In this document: piece after piece, positions 22,985 through 34,302 of the stretch | Position numbering within the stretch: position 1 is the first letter of the stretch | Layout of the letters: every line of letters starts with the position of its first letter | DNA from: Hydrurus foetidus | Taxonomy: Eukaryota | Length of the DNA stretch: 34,302 nt | Assembly: GCA_900617105.1 (NCBI GenBank) | Contig: UYFQ01000320.1 | Span: forward strand, 1 to 34,302 | Direction of reading: 5' to 3' | Notes under the pieces: generated by a model | The model's database searches: none | Told to the model about the DNA's origin: nothing | What the model saw: the letters and a program-made list of their open reading frames with translations, nothing else | Made by a program: the position numbers and the translations under genes

Positions 22985-24486
22985 CCGGTCAAAAAAAATT
23001 GATTAACTAAATCATGAAGATTTCTCCTGAATTGGATCCTCTGGGATCATTTAAGTCGGACAAAATCTATTGACAAGCTGAAATAGCAAGCTAAAAATAA
23101 ATATATCTTATGTTGCAAGTATCTCTATTCACCGTAGTTACTTTCACCCTAACTATTTACAATTATCATAATCAATTCTGATGCGCCAGTTTGTCTTTCG
23201 CCGTTAAACCGAGTTCCGACAGCTCAAGATTACTCTGTGCATTAGGAATCGATGACAGGTCAGGGCAATGTACCTTTGTGTCATCAATCAGCCGCTTATA
23301 ATAATTTGAAGGGAAGGGACAGATAACCAGCCAGGACTCCATTGCCATCATCTAGCATCCTTGTTTCAAAGCCAGAAAAATTCCAGAGTTACTGATCAAC
23401 ATCGTAAAAAAGGCAATCTATGCCAGAATCGCAAATTGCTGAATGGACATTAAAAGTGGTAAAATAGTGACACTTTGCCTTCACAGAAAGGCTAGGGTAA
23501 TGCACCCAGAGTCCTACAACGAAATAACCTTTAGCAGGGCTGCAAGTAACATATAATAAGCAAGTTGAGCATCAGAATCTCGATTTGATACAGTGGCGAA
23601 AGAGCTGATCTCTACGAGGAACACCAAGAGCATCACGAGCTTGAGTGTAAAAGAATGAGTGAGATCTGGATTGAAAATGTCTTTCATGAAGTAAATTTCG
23701 ATTATAATTTACAAACCATTTCTCGTTCAAATTGGCAATTAAAAAGCAAAACTATACACCCGATGTCATGTACTATTCACTGGGCCGTTAGCCTGTCAAT
23801 CACGTGAAAGACGTCCTGTCAGCGACAGTATGTAGTTCGGCTTCCTTCGAAGAGGAATAGAAGTAATGTTCAAGTCCCAATTACCCGTGCAGAAAAAATA
23901 GATGTGACTTCTCCACTACACTGCACTGTGTTGTACAATACTGCTGCCTATCTCAGTGACAGCCCTGCTGCATTAGCCACAAGTCACTCTATCTGTCACT
24001 CTGCCTGAGACTTGACCACATTGACAGTCAGAGTACGCACCCAAGAGAGCTCGATGACAAGGGGCTTCTAGCCTCACGCATCTCATCTAGTGCTCAAGAA
24101 GTGGTGTGGTGTCATCCCTGACAGTTAAGTCAGTGTGTGTCGTGCCTTATATATCAACCATTTAATGATGAGAGTAGGAGAGATAAGACCCCTCTGACGT
24201 ACGTACTGCACTAGTGCGTCATCCATCTGACTAGAGAGGCGAGACGAGACAGTGTGCACCTCTTCACTTAGCAGTGCCAAGTTATGTGTGCTGTGCCTTA
24301 TAGTGCTGCTCGTAATTTCTGACGTTTTTGAATCAAACGGATCATTCCTTGACTCTGAGAACCTCCATGATGTCTTCGGTATTAGCGATTGAGATGGATC
24401 GGCGATTGGGTAAAATTCATCGTAGATGCTGAAAGCTTTCTCTGTTCTGTGGCTTTTGCAAGCATCGTAGGTGGTAGTCAGCGTGT

Positions 24487-27400
24487 TCATATTAGGTCAT
24501 CGTCTCTGCGGCGGTGGTACCGACTGTTCATGTCCGCGAACAGAGCGGAAGATGAGGGAGCTGGAAGAAACAAATACAACAGGATTCGTTAGTATGAGAT
24601 TTGAATGAATGGGTTATTTTCAGTCGCTCAGATGTTCTCCTGACGCACCTCTGCCTGACTTGGCCGGTACCGCAACTGCTGCACTATCGTACGGCTCACA
24701 CGACACAGACACGCTTTCTGCGGACTGACTGAGTGCAAAGATTACAGAAAAGCAGAAGGGTTAGTGGCTGCCAGAGGAATAAGGGAAAATATAGCGAAGG
24801 GGCAGGGACGCATCACCTGTAGTCCAGATAGTCGATCGCAACGTCTGCCGCCTTCTCGCCCCAAGTAGCTTCAGCGAGCAGCAGAGACGCCCTGCCTGCC
24901 AGAAGAGCTTCCTGAGAGAGTGCGTGTATAGGCGTGGGGTGCGGATGAGATGTGCGGGTAAGTGTGATTTTTAGGGACGACCATCTCAAATGTGATCATC
25001 TATTTTACAATTTATATGGTCGGAGGGACTTAAAGGCAAAAAGAGATCGAATAATAGGAGCAAGGATGGCACTGGACTAGACTTGCCTGTTCAGCTCCGT
25101 CGAACGGCTGGGCGATGGTTTTCATCCGAGGTAGAGCCTTCCACAGCTCGGGCAGAGACTCAGCTCTAAACGATCTAAGAGTAAGAGTATGAGCATGTGA
25201 GGTGTTTCGGATGGAATGACAATGGCGATAGGTAGAATTTGATATGTCATGTACTGCACCGTAGACTGACCTCAGCAGCACAGGACCAAGAGTCAGAGGC
25301 ACGATGTACAAGAGGGCGGGCTGACCAGTCTGCAAGGAAGATTACGTTGCGTGAGAAATCTATCACCTTTCTCGCAACAGATGATTCGCATGAAATAAAA
25401 TCGACAGCAGTAGATTGAGCGACCTCGAAGTAAGACACTGCGAAGTTCGCCACCATGAGGCCGATGGCGTACCCGAACACGACCATTGGGAAGTGCCCTC
25501 TGCTCGCATAGTGGGAGGAGAGCGAGCCGTACCTCCTGATGTCCAGCCTGAGGGGTCATCAAGACGGTTAGTCAGTCAGTCAGTCATGACTGTTGAAGCA
25601 TCGTAGCAAAGTGTGATGTGAAGTGCTTACCGAGCGGCCCACACAAGCAGCAGTCCGGGCAACACGATGTCCCCCAGGCCCAATAGGCTTTCGCTGCTCA
25701 GGTAACCGCTGAAGGTGGGCACAACGAGCAGCATGGGTAGAGAGTTCAAGTCACAGTCGCTGTCAGTGGGGTACTTCTCGCAGTAGTTCTCATCTGTGTG
25801 GACGGTGCCTGACGATCCTGTGGCCACCGTCACCATCACGGAAGAACCAAACACATAGGGTGAGATGAAGACGAAGAACACATCGTAGCAGAAGGCCAGA
25901 CCTGCAGAGTGATGGCACGGTGGTAAGAACAGAGCGGATGAAACTTAGGTGAGAGAGTCGCATGGTACTGCGGAGCCATCGGAATATACAGGGGATTGAC
26001 AAGGTTGCCAAGATGCTTTATTTTTATTCGGATTCGATGCCGTGCTGCCAAAATAGACACAGCCTTTTCTGACTGCAAAACGTTGATGAGGATAGCAATA
26101 TTTTTTTCCATCCATCAAGCTAGTACGATGAATGCTGTCACCATCGGTCAAACATACAGACATACATGCAGATGAGAAGGAGCAGTGCTGACCTAGTAGA
26201 ATTGTGGCTGCTTTGAGGTTGGGGAGGTGCACCGAGGAGAGGAAAAGCATACACACGGACACAGCCAAGAAGTCCTGCACCAGCCATATCCAGTTCAGGT
26301 CCTCTCGGTAGAAGAACCACAGCACACACAGACCAGTGGACAGACAGCCTGAGGGATGGAGGGAGCAGTAGCAGAGTAGCAGAGATGGTTAGTCGGTTGT
26401 TTAATGTTATTACCCTAGATCTGCCTGCTCATCCACTATTCTTTATGGTTTGTCTCCGCATGCGTTGTGTCGGCTGTTACCTACCTGAACATATCATGGG
26501 GAGAGTGGCACCGCATATGTCGTCCTCCTTATCTAGATCCGGTACTTCCTCTATCTCTACGTTGAGTCTGATGGCGGTGTACGTGCGCTGCAGCCGTACG
26601 AAGAAGGGATGGAAAAAGACCTTGGAACTCGCGAAAGCTGCGGACATCAAGTAGAGCAGGCTGACAAAGAAGTAGATATCTATGAAATACATGATCAGCA
26701 GGAAGGAGGAGGACAGCAAGATGAACCCGAGGGCGTGGTGCGGGGTGATCTGCAACGCATCCGTCTCCACGTCATCGTTGTCGTTGAGCCCTTGAGGAGA
26801 GTAGGACTTCGATGCAGCTGAACGACCTTTCCCTTTCAAGCTGTCCGTCTCGAACCTTCCATATGAATCCCTCCGCCTATCCCTGTTCCTCTCTCTGTCT
26901 ATTCCCCAATATCTGTCTTCTCTGCTAGTGCTGCTGCTGCCTGATTCGACGCTTGGCAGTCGATCTAGGCGCAGACCTCTTCTGCTATTGCTATTGCTGC
27001 TTCTGCCCTCTAGAATTCTTGCACCGCTACTAGTGTCTGCGTGTGTGCGCACATCATATATGTATATGTATATAGAGAGAGGGATGCAAGTGTGTGATAT
27101 ATTCAATGAGTAGGGGGGACGAATGGCATTATGAGAGAAAACGCTTTAGAAAGGGACAAGGCCATGCAGAAAAGATAGTCGCTGCTGAAAGTAGATCAGT
27201 GGCAAGGGAGGGATAGCCAGCAAACATGTACTACGAGCACTGTAGCAAATTAAATCAGGGCGAAGTCAAGATGCGAATGATAGCGTAGAAAAGAATGATG
27301 GGAGACACGACAAATACGATAAATCAGTTTATAGCACAACGCTACGCACTTGACGGGGAGTGAGTTTGAGAAGAGACTTTCTCCTCGTGGGCGATGCTGG

Positions 27401-28886
27401 CACTGGTGAACAAGCTGCTGAAGGGCGAGAAGGTGGACATGTCCTCTATGACTCCGGTGCCCAGTGAGGGTCCCGTCTCTGTCTCTACCTCAACAGCTGC
27501 ACTGCTATCCGATCCGATGAGCTGTCCTGGGCCCTTGGACAGACCCGTCTTTACGAGAGACCTGTCGTCCCTGCTGAAGTCCGCTTCATTCTCGATGCCT
27601 CTGTCTCTAGAGGAGTCCCTCGGGTCCACGCTCCCTTCGGCTGTGTCCAAGTGAGAGTCCTCTCTCCTATCCCTGCGATCCCTCCTTGCCTTGAAGTCGC
27701 CTCCCTGCTGGTGCAACTTGTCCTCTTCTGCTGCCATCGAGGCGCCTGTAATACGTCCCAATTAGTCACTCTTAATGTACACAGCGAAAAGAAGCGGGGT
27801 AAAAGAGGACAGCGTGAAGCATTTCGACAATGACACGAAGGGGTCTGACTCGACCTGCGGTAACTGTCATGACTGCGATGAACCAGACAAGAATAGACGC
27901 GAAGTCGAAAATTGATGAAGGGCGCTGGAAGAGAGCTACCTCTAGAGTAAGACTCTCAAGTTCGTCGAAGGCCTTCGCAGTTAAGCACAGTGAGTTGAAT
28001 GTTGTTAGGTCACGAAGGTGGCGTGTGTGTCGCAGTGAACACGATAAACGTACGAAATAGACGTGTCAAAATGATTCCAGGGCTCTGAAGCTGACGAACC
28101 TCGAGAGTCCGAGAATCCTCCATTCTAACAAAAATCGAAGGTATTTTAGGATAGAAGACACTATCGTCCTCATCAGCGGCACTGGTAGCCATGGTGGTGT
28201 ACAAATCCCATGCGCAGCACACCTGAACGCGATTATCATAGAGGTCATTGGAAGGGTGTGTAATAAGATGAAGGCTTTGCGGCGATAAATACTCAACGCC
28301 TTATGAAGTGTGGGGAGTGTTAAGATACCTGACTGCCAAGATCACTTCTAGTAGTGTTGGTAAAAACGCATCGTCCAGATGAGCATTTGCTATCAGAGGT
28401 GCAAGAGGTCGGCATTGATACAGTCATCTCATCGCTGTAAACAGGTGAAATGACTGTATCCACATATCCTGATCCATTGCCACATTCATAATCCTCGCTG
28501 GAGGCAACCTCATTGCCCTGATAAATCCCCTCCAAGGAGTTGAAAACAACTATTCCCGACGCTCCTATATTGTACGCCGCTATAGCCTTGTCAAGAAAAG
28601 TGCAATTACCTCTACCAACAAGAAGATAGAAAGTTTGGAGGCCTCTTAGCACTGGGGCAACTGGATCACAACCATCAAAACCACTTGTGGGCTTCACAAG
28701 CCTCATAAAAACCGCATCCTTTTCCTCAGACAGGGCACCGCTAAAAGAGCCTGGGGCGCCATAGATAATAGTAGTAGATCCAAGGACTTTTCTCGTAGTA
28801 AGCTCTGCGAGAGGGATTACTGCTCGAGTTCCCCAGAATGTGTATCCAAGGAGAATGGCGAATTGAATAGCACGAGCCACGATCAT
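24487..28886 (-). CDS. Signal peptide peptidase-like (SPPL2-type, A22B) aspartyl protease with PA domain; multi-exon host gene, 3' end approximate
   Basis: Signal peptide and PA domain (LVGRGNCTFLDKA) in exon 1 (28329-28886). Catalytic CYDVFFVF and LGLGDIVLPG motifs (25630-25900); QPALLYIVP near 25300. Confidence 0.9.
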
Positions 28887-29258
28887 TACAGTGATGATAT
28901 CTTCATCTTTCCGTATTCAGTTATCAAATTATGAGAGACCGCAGTTGATCATATTCTCTATATCTCACAGCCACATCCCTTCAAACCAATGCAGACACGC
29001 AGATACTCCTCTATCCTCTGTGCACTGCAGTGGGTGCTAGAGGCACAATGCACGTATTGCATGCTGTAGACTGTAGATCGTAGAGACAGAGCTGAAATTT
29101 TCAGTGCTTTTTGCTTTTTGGCTTTTTGGAGTATATAAAAGATAAAAGGAGCCTACTGTCGGAATAACTGTATGTTAAAATGTCTATTCTCCAGCAAATT
29201 GTCCTACCGGTGGACATGCTGTTGTCCCACCGGTAGAACAAAACGTTTCAGGCACATA

Positions 29259-29710
29259 CTAAGGCACTTTTTCCCCAAAAACTGTTGAATCTTTATATTT
29301 TGAGTTGTTATTAGGCATTTGCATGTCCACAATGTTGTCTATAACAAGTGGTTCCTCTTTAATTGAATGGGTTACACACACATACATACTTACACATACA
29401 TACTTAATTGGGTGTACTAGGCTACTGCATTGCTCACAAAGGTAAGCAGTTTTCTTTCCGCAACCTTTGATGTGGCATCTTCTGACAGCTCTTTTTTTCT
29501 TATTTACTTCGTCCTTGAGGCTCAAATAGTATGACGTTTGACTAAGCGGTATCAGGTTGTGCTTCTGACGAAGTCCGTCATCATCATCATCATCATCATC
29601 GCTCGAATCCTCAACACCCCTCTTTCTTCTTCTCAAATTTCTTTCTTCTTTCGGTGGGTAGATAAGTTGATATGCTAGGCGGCAGAGAAACACTTTGTAA
29701 GTGACTGGGT
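29259..29710 (-). pseudogene. piggyBac-like transposase C-terminal remnant (cysteine-rich domain)
   Basis: YKVFLCRLAYQLI...H.LIP...RRCHIKGCGKKTAYLCEQC...YVC. No catalytic core or canonical TIR seen. Confidence 0.55.
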
Positions 29711-29718
29711 CAATATTT

Positions 29719-29830
29719 GGAGCTAGGACACCATGGAGCGAGATATTGGAGCGAGGAGCACCATGGAGCAAGAGCCATGGAGCAAGCATCAGGAGCGAGG
29801 ACCCTGGATCGGAATTATATGGAGCGAGGA
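29719..29830. repeat. Degenerate short tandem repeat (atggagc/ggagcgagga units)
   Basis: Several spaced ggagc cores, read directly. Confidence 0.6.
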
Positions 29831-30176
29831 CTCTGGACTGGACCCCGGATCGAAATTCGGATTCGATCACTTTATTCAATCAGAAAGCTGAGAGGATTTT
29901 TATAGCATGCTATTGTTTGACTATAAAATCACTTTCGCATTGTTTAACTCTACTGCTCGTACGGTTTCAGCCAGAACGTACGATACTAATATTACCCTGT
30001 GTGTACTAACGTATCTACCTTCACCCTAAAGGTCAACCTCACCACTACCTTAACTCCCTATCCTAAAACATCATGTTGTGATACACGACTCCTAGTCAAA
30101 GGAGCAATTTTGAATTTTATCTTTGCGTTTTAATCATCCGCATAGCCCCTACCCGACGACTCACGCCATAGGGGTG

Positions 30177-32480
30177 TGTCGGAATAACTGTATGTTAAGT
30201 AACCGTATAAGTCATTACGTATGTACGCTTGATGACATTTCACCGTCGCGTGCTGTGTGGGGGTCGCTACTCCACACGGTCCAAGTTCTTTTTAACCCAG
30301 GAACATCGAAAGCAATTAATGTACACCATGTTTGACTGTGTGGGACAGCGCGATCTTTTCGGCTAACTCCATGAACAATGTAAGACACGTTGCATTGTTA
30401 ATTACCTTTAACCTCACAAACAGCAGAACTTTCTCTTCGAGCCGAGTCAGTTGCTAGCTACTGTGCAGAAGTTGCAGAAGGAGAGCGTACGCAGGAAGAT
30501 CTAGTGCGACATTCAGTGAGACTGAACGCCAACCGTACGACATAATTAACAATAGCTTTCGAACTTGCAACTTGCAATGAAAGGCAGAGGCAGAGGCCAA
30601 GAGCACAATCCCGCAGGCGGTCGAGCAAACCCTGCCAACCCTGCCAACAGTGGCAGAGGGAATGCTGGCCGCGGTGCGAAGTCTCCACCAAGAACAGGAA
30701 CGGTAGCCGCGATCGGCGCATTCCTGGATCTTGGAAGAGAGATGAACCATGGTAGCGTAAGCGCATGGATGAGAAAGTTCCTACAATACACACGCGCAAA
30801 CTACAAGTCCGATATCTGCGAGATATTCGGCAATGAGGGCATACTGGGTACTTACCCGCAATATGTCGCTCCGGTAGACATACCTCTAGATGCTGGATTT
30901 ATGGTCGCTACTAAATGGAAGAGAGCACTAGAGCTCTACGACAAGCTAGTCCTGACACTAAGGGAAGACCGAAAACAAGTTTTCGGTCTCATGCTGGGAC
31001 AGATTAGTGAGCAATCAAAGTCGACAATAAGAGAGACGGAATCCGGCATTACGGCTATGCTAGAGGAGGACCCGCTATTGCTACTCCAAGCAATCATTCT
31101 GACCCACCTGTCAGACCCGAGACTAGGTGCGGATCAGAATTTGCTGAGAGTACGCATGGCGTACGAGACCGTGAGAATGGAGCCGAACGACGCGTTAAAA
31201 TTCTACTACCAGCGCTTCAAAGCGCTGAAGACCGGTTACGAGGACACCATGCGTGGCCTAGGGGTCATGCCCGAACACAACGAGGCCATGACCGCCCACA
31301 ACGAAATACTATCTGGGATGAAGTTCATGAACGGGTTAAATTCGGGGTACCGTCATTATGTAGAGTACTACGAGCACAGGCTCAAAGACTGGCCAGACAC
31401 TCTCGAGGATGGGTACCTCGAGATGGCCAAGGTAACACCGAAGAAAGCAGCTGCTGCTGCAACACCACCCAACCAGACCAATGTTTTCTCGACGAAAACG
31501 GCTGGAAGTGAGAAACCAGCAGAGAGAGGTAAAGTCAATGGGAACGGGGGCAGAGGGAAGGGTGGGCGTACGTCGTACGGCACCCGTCCCGGGAACTGTA
31601 ATCAGTGTGGTGTAGCCGGACACTACTCTTACGAGTGCACGGCCAAGGATAGCCAAGCGGGTGCACCAGCACCCAGTGGAAAGTCGGTAAACTAACCGAG
31701 ATACATTATTCCTCACCTGTACACTCACCCACACCTACACCCGTACATACCCACGCACTTACATTCCCGCACACACTTATACACACACGCACCGATCCTC
31801 CATGTTTGGCTGATTCCACTAGCGGAATTGAAACATGTGATCATATTGTTTTTAGTGCTAATACATGTAACATATATAACACGATTAGAAGTAGACACAT
31901 ACTGCTTGATACATGTGCCGGTGAGTCGGTATTCAACGACTCATCCCTGCTGTACAGCGTCGAACACGCACCCACACCCATGATTGTTAGCGGGGTGAAT
32001 CCGAAAGGGAAACCGCTAATAATTAAGAAACGTGTAGTGTCGGCGTTCGGCAATGTGTATTATAGTCCTGACTGTGCTGGTAATATACTATCTTTTGGTA
32101 ATGCTGTACGTGACTGTACTGATGTTAAGTACTTACATGACTATGATTGTTACATAGTGCAAGGTGTCAGCGGACAATATTTTTATAGATTCTCAAGAGA
32201 TGAAACTATGAATATATACCAATGAAATCTTGACACTATGGTAACAGAATGCATGCCAATATTAGTATCGACAGTAGAACAGAAGAAGAAGAAGTATACG
32301 GTGAGAGAAGTTAGAGACGCATCGTTAGCTAGAGACTATCAGCGTAGATTAGGATACGCTAGCGCAGCACAGACTATTAAGTTGATATCCCAAGGGAATT
32401 TGACTAATAGCAAAGTGACTGTGCGAGACTTACATAGAGCCATTGATATATGGGGACCGGACGTGGGATCCCTTAAGGGG
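30177..32480 (+). mobile_element. Ty1/copia element, 5' part (putative LTR from TGTCGG, gag, protease, pre-integrase), truncated
   Basis: Order gag(CCHC), protease, GAG-pre-integrase; breaks after WGPDVGSLKG. LTR limits uncertain. Confidence 0.75.
30577..31695 (+). CDS. gag: Copia Gag with CCHC zinc knuckle
   Basis: Intact ORF; CNQCGVAGHYSYEC. Confidence 0.85.
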   Translation: MKGRGRGQEHNPAGGRANPANPANSGRGNAGRGAKSPPRTGTVAAIGAFLDLGREMNHGSVSAWMRKFLQYTRANYKSDICEIFGNEGILGTYPQYVAPVDIPLDAGFMVATKWKRALELYDKLVLTLREDRKQVFGLMLGQISEQSKSTIRETESGITAMLEEDPLLLLQAIILTHLSDPRLGADQNLLRVRMAYETVRMEPNDALKFYYQRFKALKTGYEDTMRGLGVMPEHNEAMTAHNEILSGMKFMNGLNSGYRHYVEYYEHRLKDWPDTLEDGYLEMAKVTPKKAAAAATPPNQTNVFSTKTAGSEKPAERGKVNGNGGRGKGGRTSYGTRPGNCNQCGVAGHYSYECTAKDSQAGAPAPSGKSVN

Positions 32481-32483
32481 TAG
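31683..32483 (+). pseudogene. pol: Copia pol N-terminus: aspartic protease and GAG-pre-integrase region (internal stop at 32223-25)
   Basis: ILLDTCAGESVF, GNILSFG, ARDYQRRLGYAS; in the -1 frame relative to gag. Confidence 0.78.
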
Positions 32484-33228
32484 TGAAACTACCTTGAGAC
32501 AAAGTTCACAGCGAGATGTGTTGTTCATAGCATGTGCTTGAGGAACGTTGCATGAATGCTTATAGTAACGAAGTGTTTTGGCGATACTGAAGAATCATGA
32601 AAGGCGAACGTTCATTTGCGTGAGGTCAGAGGGTTCGTACTAGCTGATACATGGCGATAGTACAGGGGTACGTATGCGTGTATATGTATATGAACGTACA
32701 TGCGTGAGTACTAACTGCTATATGGCGATATTATAGGAGTACGTATGCATGTGTATGTATAAGAACGTACATGCGTAAGTACAGTGGTACTTACGTATGT
32801 GCGCCTATACATCTATGTCCTACGCTATTGGCGATCGTACATACGTACATATTATATATGTACATACATGTAAGTACGTGTGTGTACATATGCATATAAT
32901 AATTTGTAATTTGTACTAACATGTGCACGTACGTATGTAAGTGTGTGCGTGACCATACAAGTATACGCTATGCTATGTGCGTACGTACGTACGTACGTAC
33001 ATATTGACTATGTACGTACATGTGTAAGTACATGTGTGTATGCGGTGCATAAATGAGTATGCACTAACATGTGTAAGTACGTGTACGTGTGCATGTTATC
33101 ATATCTGCAATTGTACTTACGTACGTACGTGTCGCATAACGTACATGTATATATTTGAACTATATTTGCAACTATATTTGCAACTATATTACTACAGACA
33201 TATCTTGATATAATCAAGTGGTCTGACA
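32484..33228 (-). repeat. Probable 3' LTR of the minus-strand copia, rich in (GTAC)/(ATGT) purine-pyrimidine repeats; left limit uncertain
   Basis: Minus strand PPT-like ACTACGGGGAG is immediately followed by TGTCAGA at 33228, about 130 bp after the pol stop. Confidence 0.55.
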
Positions 33229-33360
33229 CTCCCCGTAGTGAAGATGTAGTGTAAAATAATGCATGTTTACTTATGAGCTACCTTTATAATATTAGAATTA
33301 ACATAGTATATGTGTGATCAAGACAAATACAATATTAAAACATAATTAGTATAGTGCTAT

Positions 33361-34302
33361 TTAAAGATTTCGTCTCTGAGACTGATCTATAATTTGATTT
33401 AGAAGTTTATTAAATATTGGTAAAGAAACTCTTTTTGTACCAATATCTGAATTATTATCGCACGATTTAACTTTAACAACTACGCAAGTACCATCAGCAA
33501 CCTTCTCTTTGACCCAGTTTTCGGTGAGGTCGAGGTGCCTTAGGTTGCGTGTCATGTGTGCTGCCTTAGAATGGTATATACAGGCTTGGTTGTCTTCTTC
33601 AATAGAGGTTGGACCTTGGACCCATCCCATCATGTTTAGGATGCCTCTGTTGGCTATGACCTCTGCTTTGAGTGTGTGGTTGACAGCCTTGATTTCCGAC
33701 TCTGCCGTTGATGTTGATATGCTGCCTTGGTCGGTGGAACACCAGCAGATAAGGTTACGGCCGAGGTATCCAAGGTATGCAGTCTGGGAGTGGCTATTGT
33801 CGGGATTACCACCCAAATCTGCATCGCATTGAAACCGGAGTTGAAGTAGCGTTGTCATAGTCTCGATGTCTCTGGGTCCATCGTGTCCATGGAACACTAG
33901 TCGATCACTTCGTGCGTACTTGCAGTACTGCAGTAAGTGTTTGAGGAATTTGATATGTCTGGGACCTGGGTTGTTACCATAACGGGATAGTACATTGAGT
34001 GCATACAGAATGCCGACCATGGTATGTACCATACCGTACATTAGTTGACCCACGACCCTCCTGTATGGGTATTTCATACACTGCATACGTTCCTCAGGGG
34101 TAGAAGCGTTATCTAGTTTTGACAATGCAGGTTCTTGGTCCCCAGTTGGGTATGGTAAGTACATGTCCTTCGCACCAGATGTATTAGCCTCTTTTATTAT
34201 TGAATCAATCATGCGATGTTGATCCATATAATATGTGCCATCTTCATCACGCTGAATACGAATACCAACGAACTCCTTGTCAGTTGCATCAGTGACTTCA
34301 TA
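33361..34302 (-). CDS. pol: Ty1/copia pol C-terminus: RT end and RNase H (partial, runs off the window)
   Basis: YPYRRVVGQLMY, CDADLGG..D..SQTAY, STSTAESE, EDNQACI, SDIGTK. Confidence 0.93.
   Translation of the reverse strand, partial: YEVTDATDKEFVGIRIQRDEDGTYYMDQHRMIDSIIKEANTSGAKDMYLPYPTGDQEPALSKLDNASTPEERMQCMKYPYRRVVGQLMYGMVHTMVGILYALNVLSRYGNNPGPRHIKFLKHLLQYCKYARSDRLVFHGHDGPRDIETMTTLLQLRFQCDADLGGNPDNSHSQTAYLGYLGRNLICWCSTDQGSISTSTAESEIKAVNHTLKAEVIANRGILNMMGWVQGPTSIEEDNQACIYHSKAAHMTRNLRHLDLTENWVKEKVADGTCVVVKVKSCDNNSDIGTKRVSLPIFNKLLNQIIDQSQRRNL

Noticed and set aside
23300..23900. 3' LTR of gypsy C after PPT-like GAAGGGAAGGG (23308-23318)
   Set aside because: Not followed by TG, and there is no partner LTR in the window to compare; cannot be supported.
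29719..29830. CRISPR-like array
   Set aside because: Units are short and irregular, there are no unique spacers or cas genes, and the context is eukaryotic.
33008..33229. 73-aa ORF
   Set aside because: Translation of simple repeats within the probable LTR.

Overview
Eukaryotic DNA (GT-AG introns; element families suggest a stramenopile or similar protist, which is inference). It is mostly a nest of transposons beside one host gene. Bases 1-23.3 kb hold a decayed chromodomain-bearing Ty3/gypsy pol (+). Into it have inserted two related minus-strand Ty3/gypsy elements (one inside the other) and two related ~4.1-kb TA-flanked pogo-like DD35D DNA transposons (5803-9916; 10672-22425). The second pogo-like element carries two nested PHIS-group elements: a Pangu-like one (11412-15178, AGT TSD) and a PIF/Harbinger (15925-19851, TGA TSD). 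24.5-28.9 kb is a multi-exon SPPL-type intramembrane aspartyl protease gene (-). 29.2-34.3 kb holds a piggyBac-like remnant and two Ty1/copia fragments. Best candidates for novelty: (1) both pogo-like elements carry a convergent, intron-split HIRAN-like gene and an inner pair of 14-bp inverted repeats ~350-380 bp from each end; (2) the Pangu-like element carries an intact Zn-finger + 2OG-Fe(II) dioxygenase gene; (3) both gypsy 5' LTRs are followed by different perfect palindromes instead of a tRNA primer-binding site. All domain calls are by motif recognition only; no searches were run.
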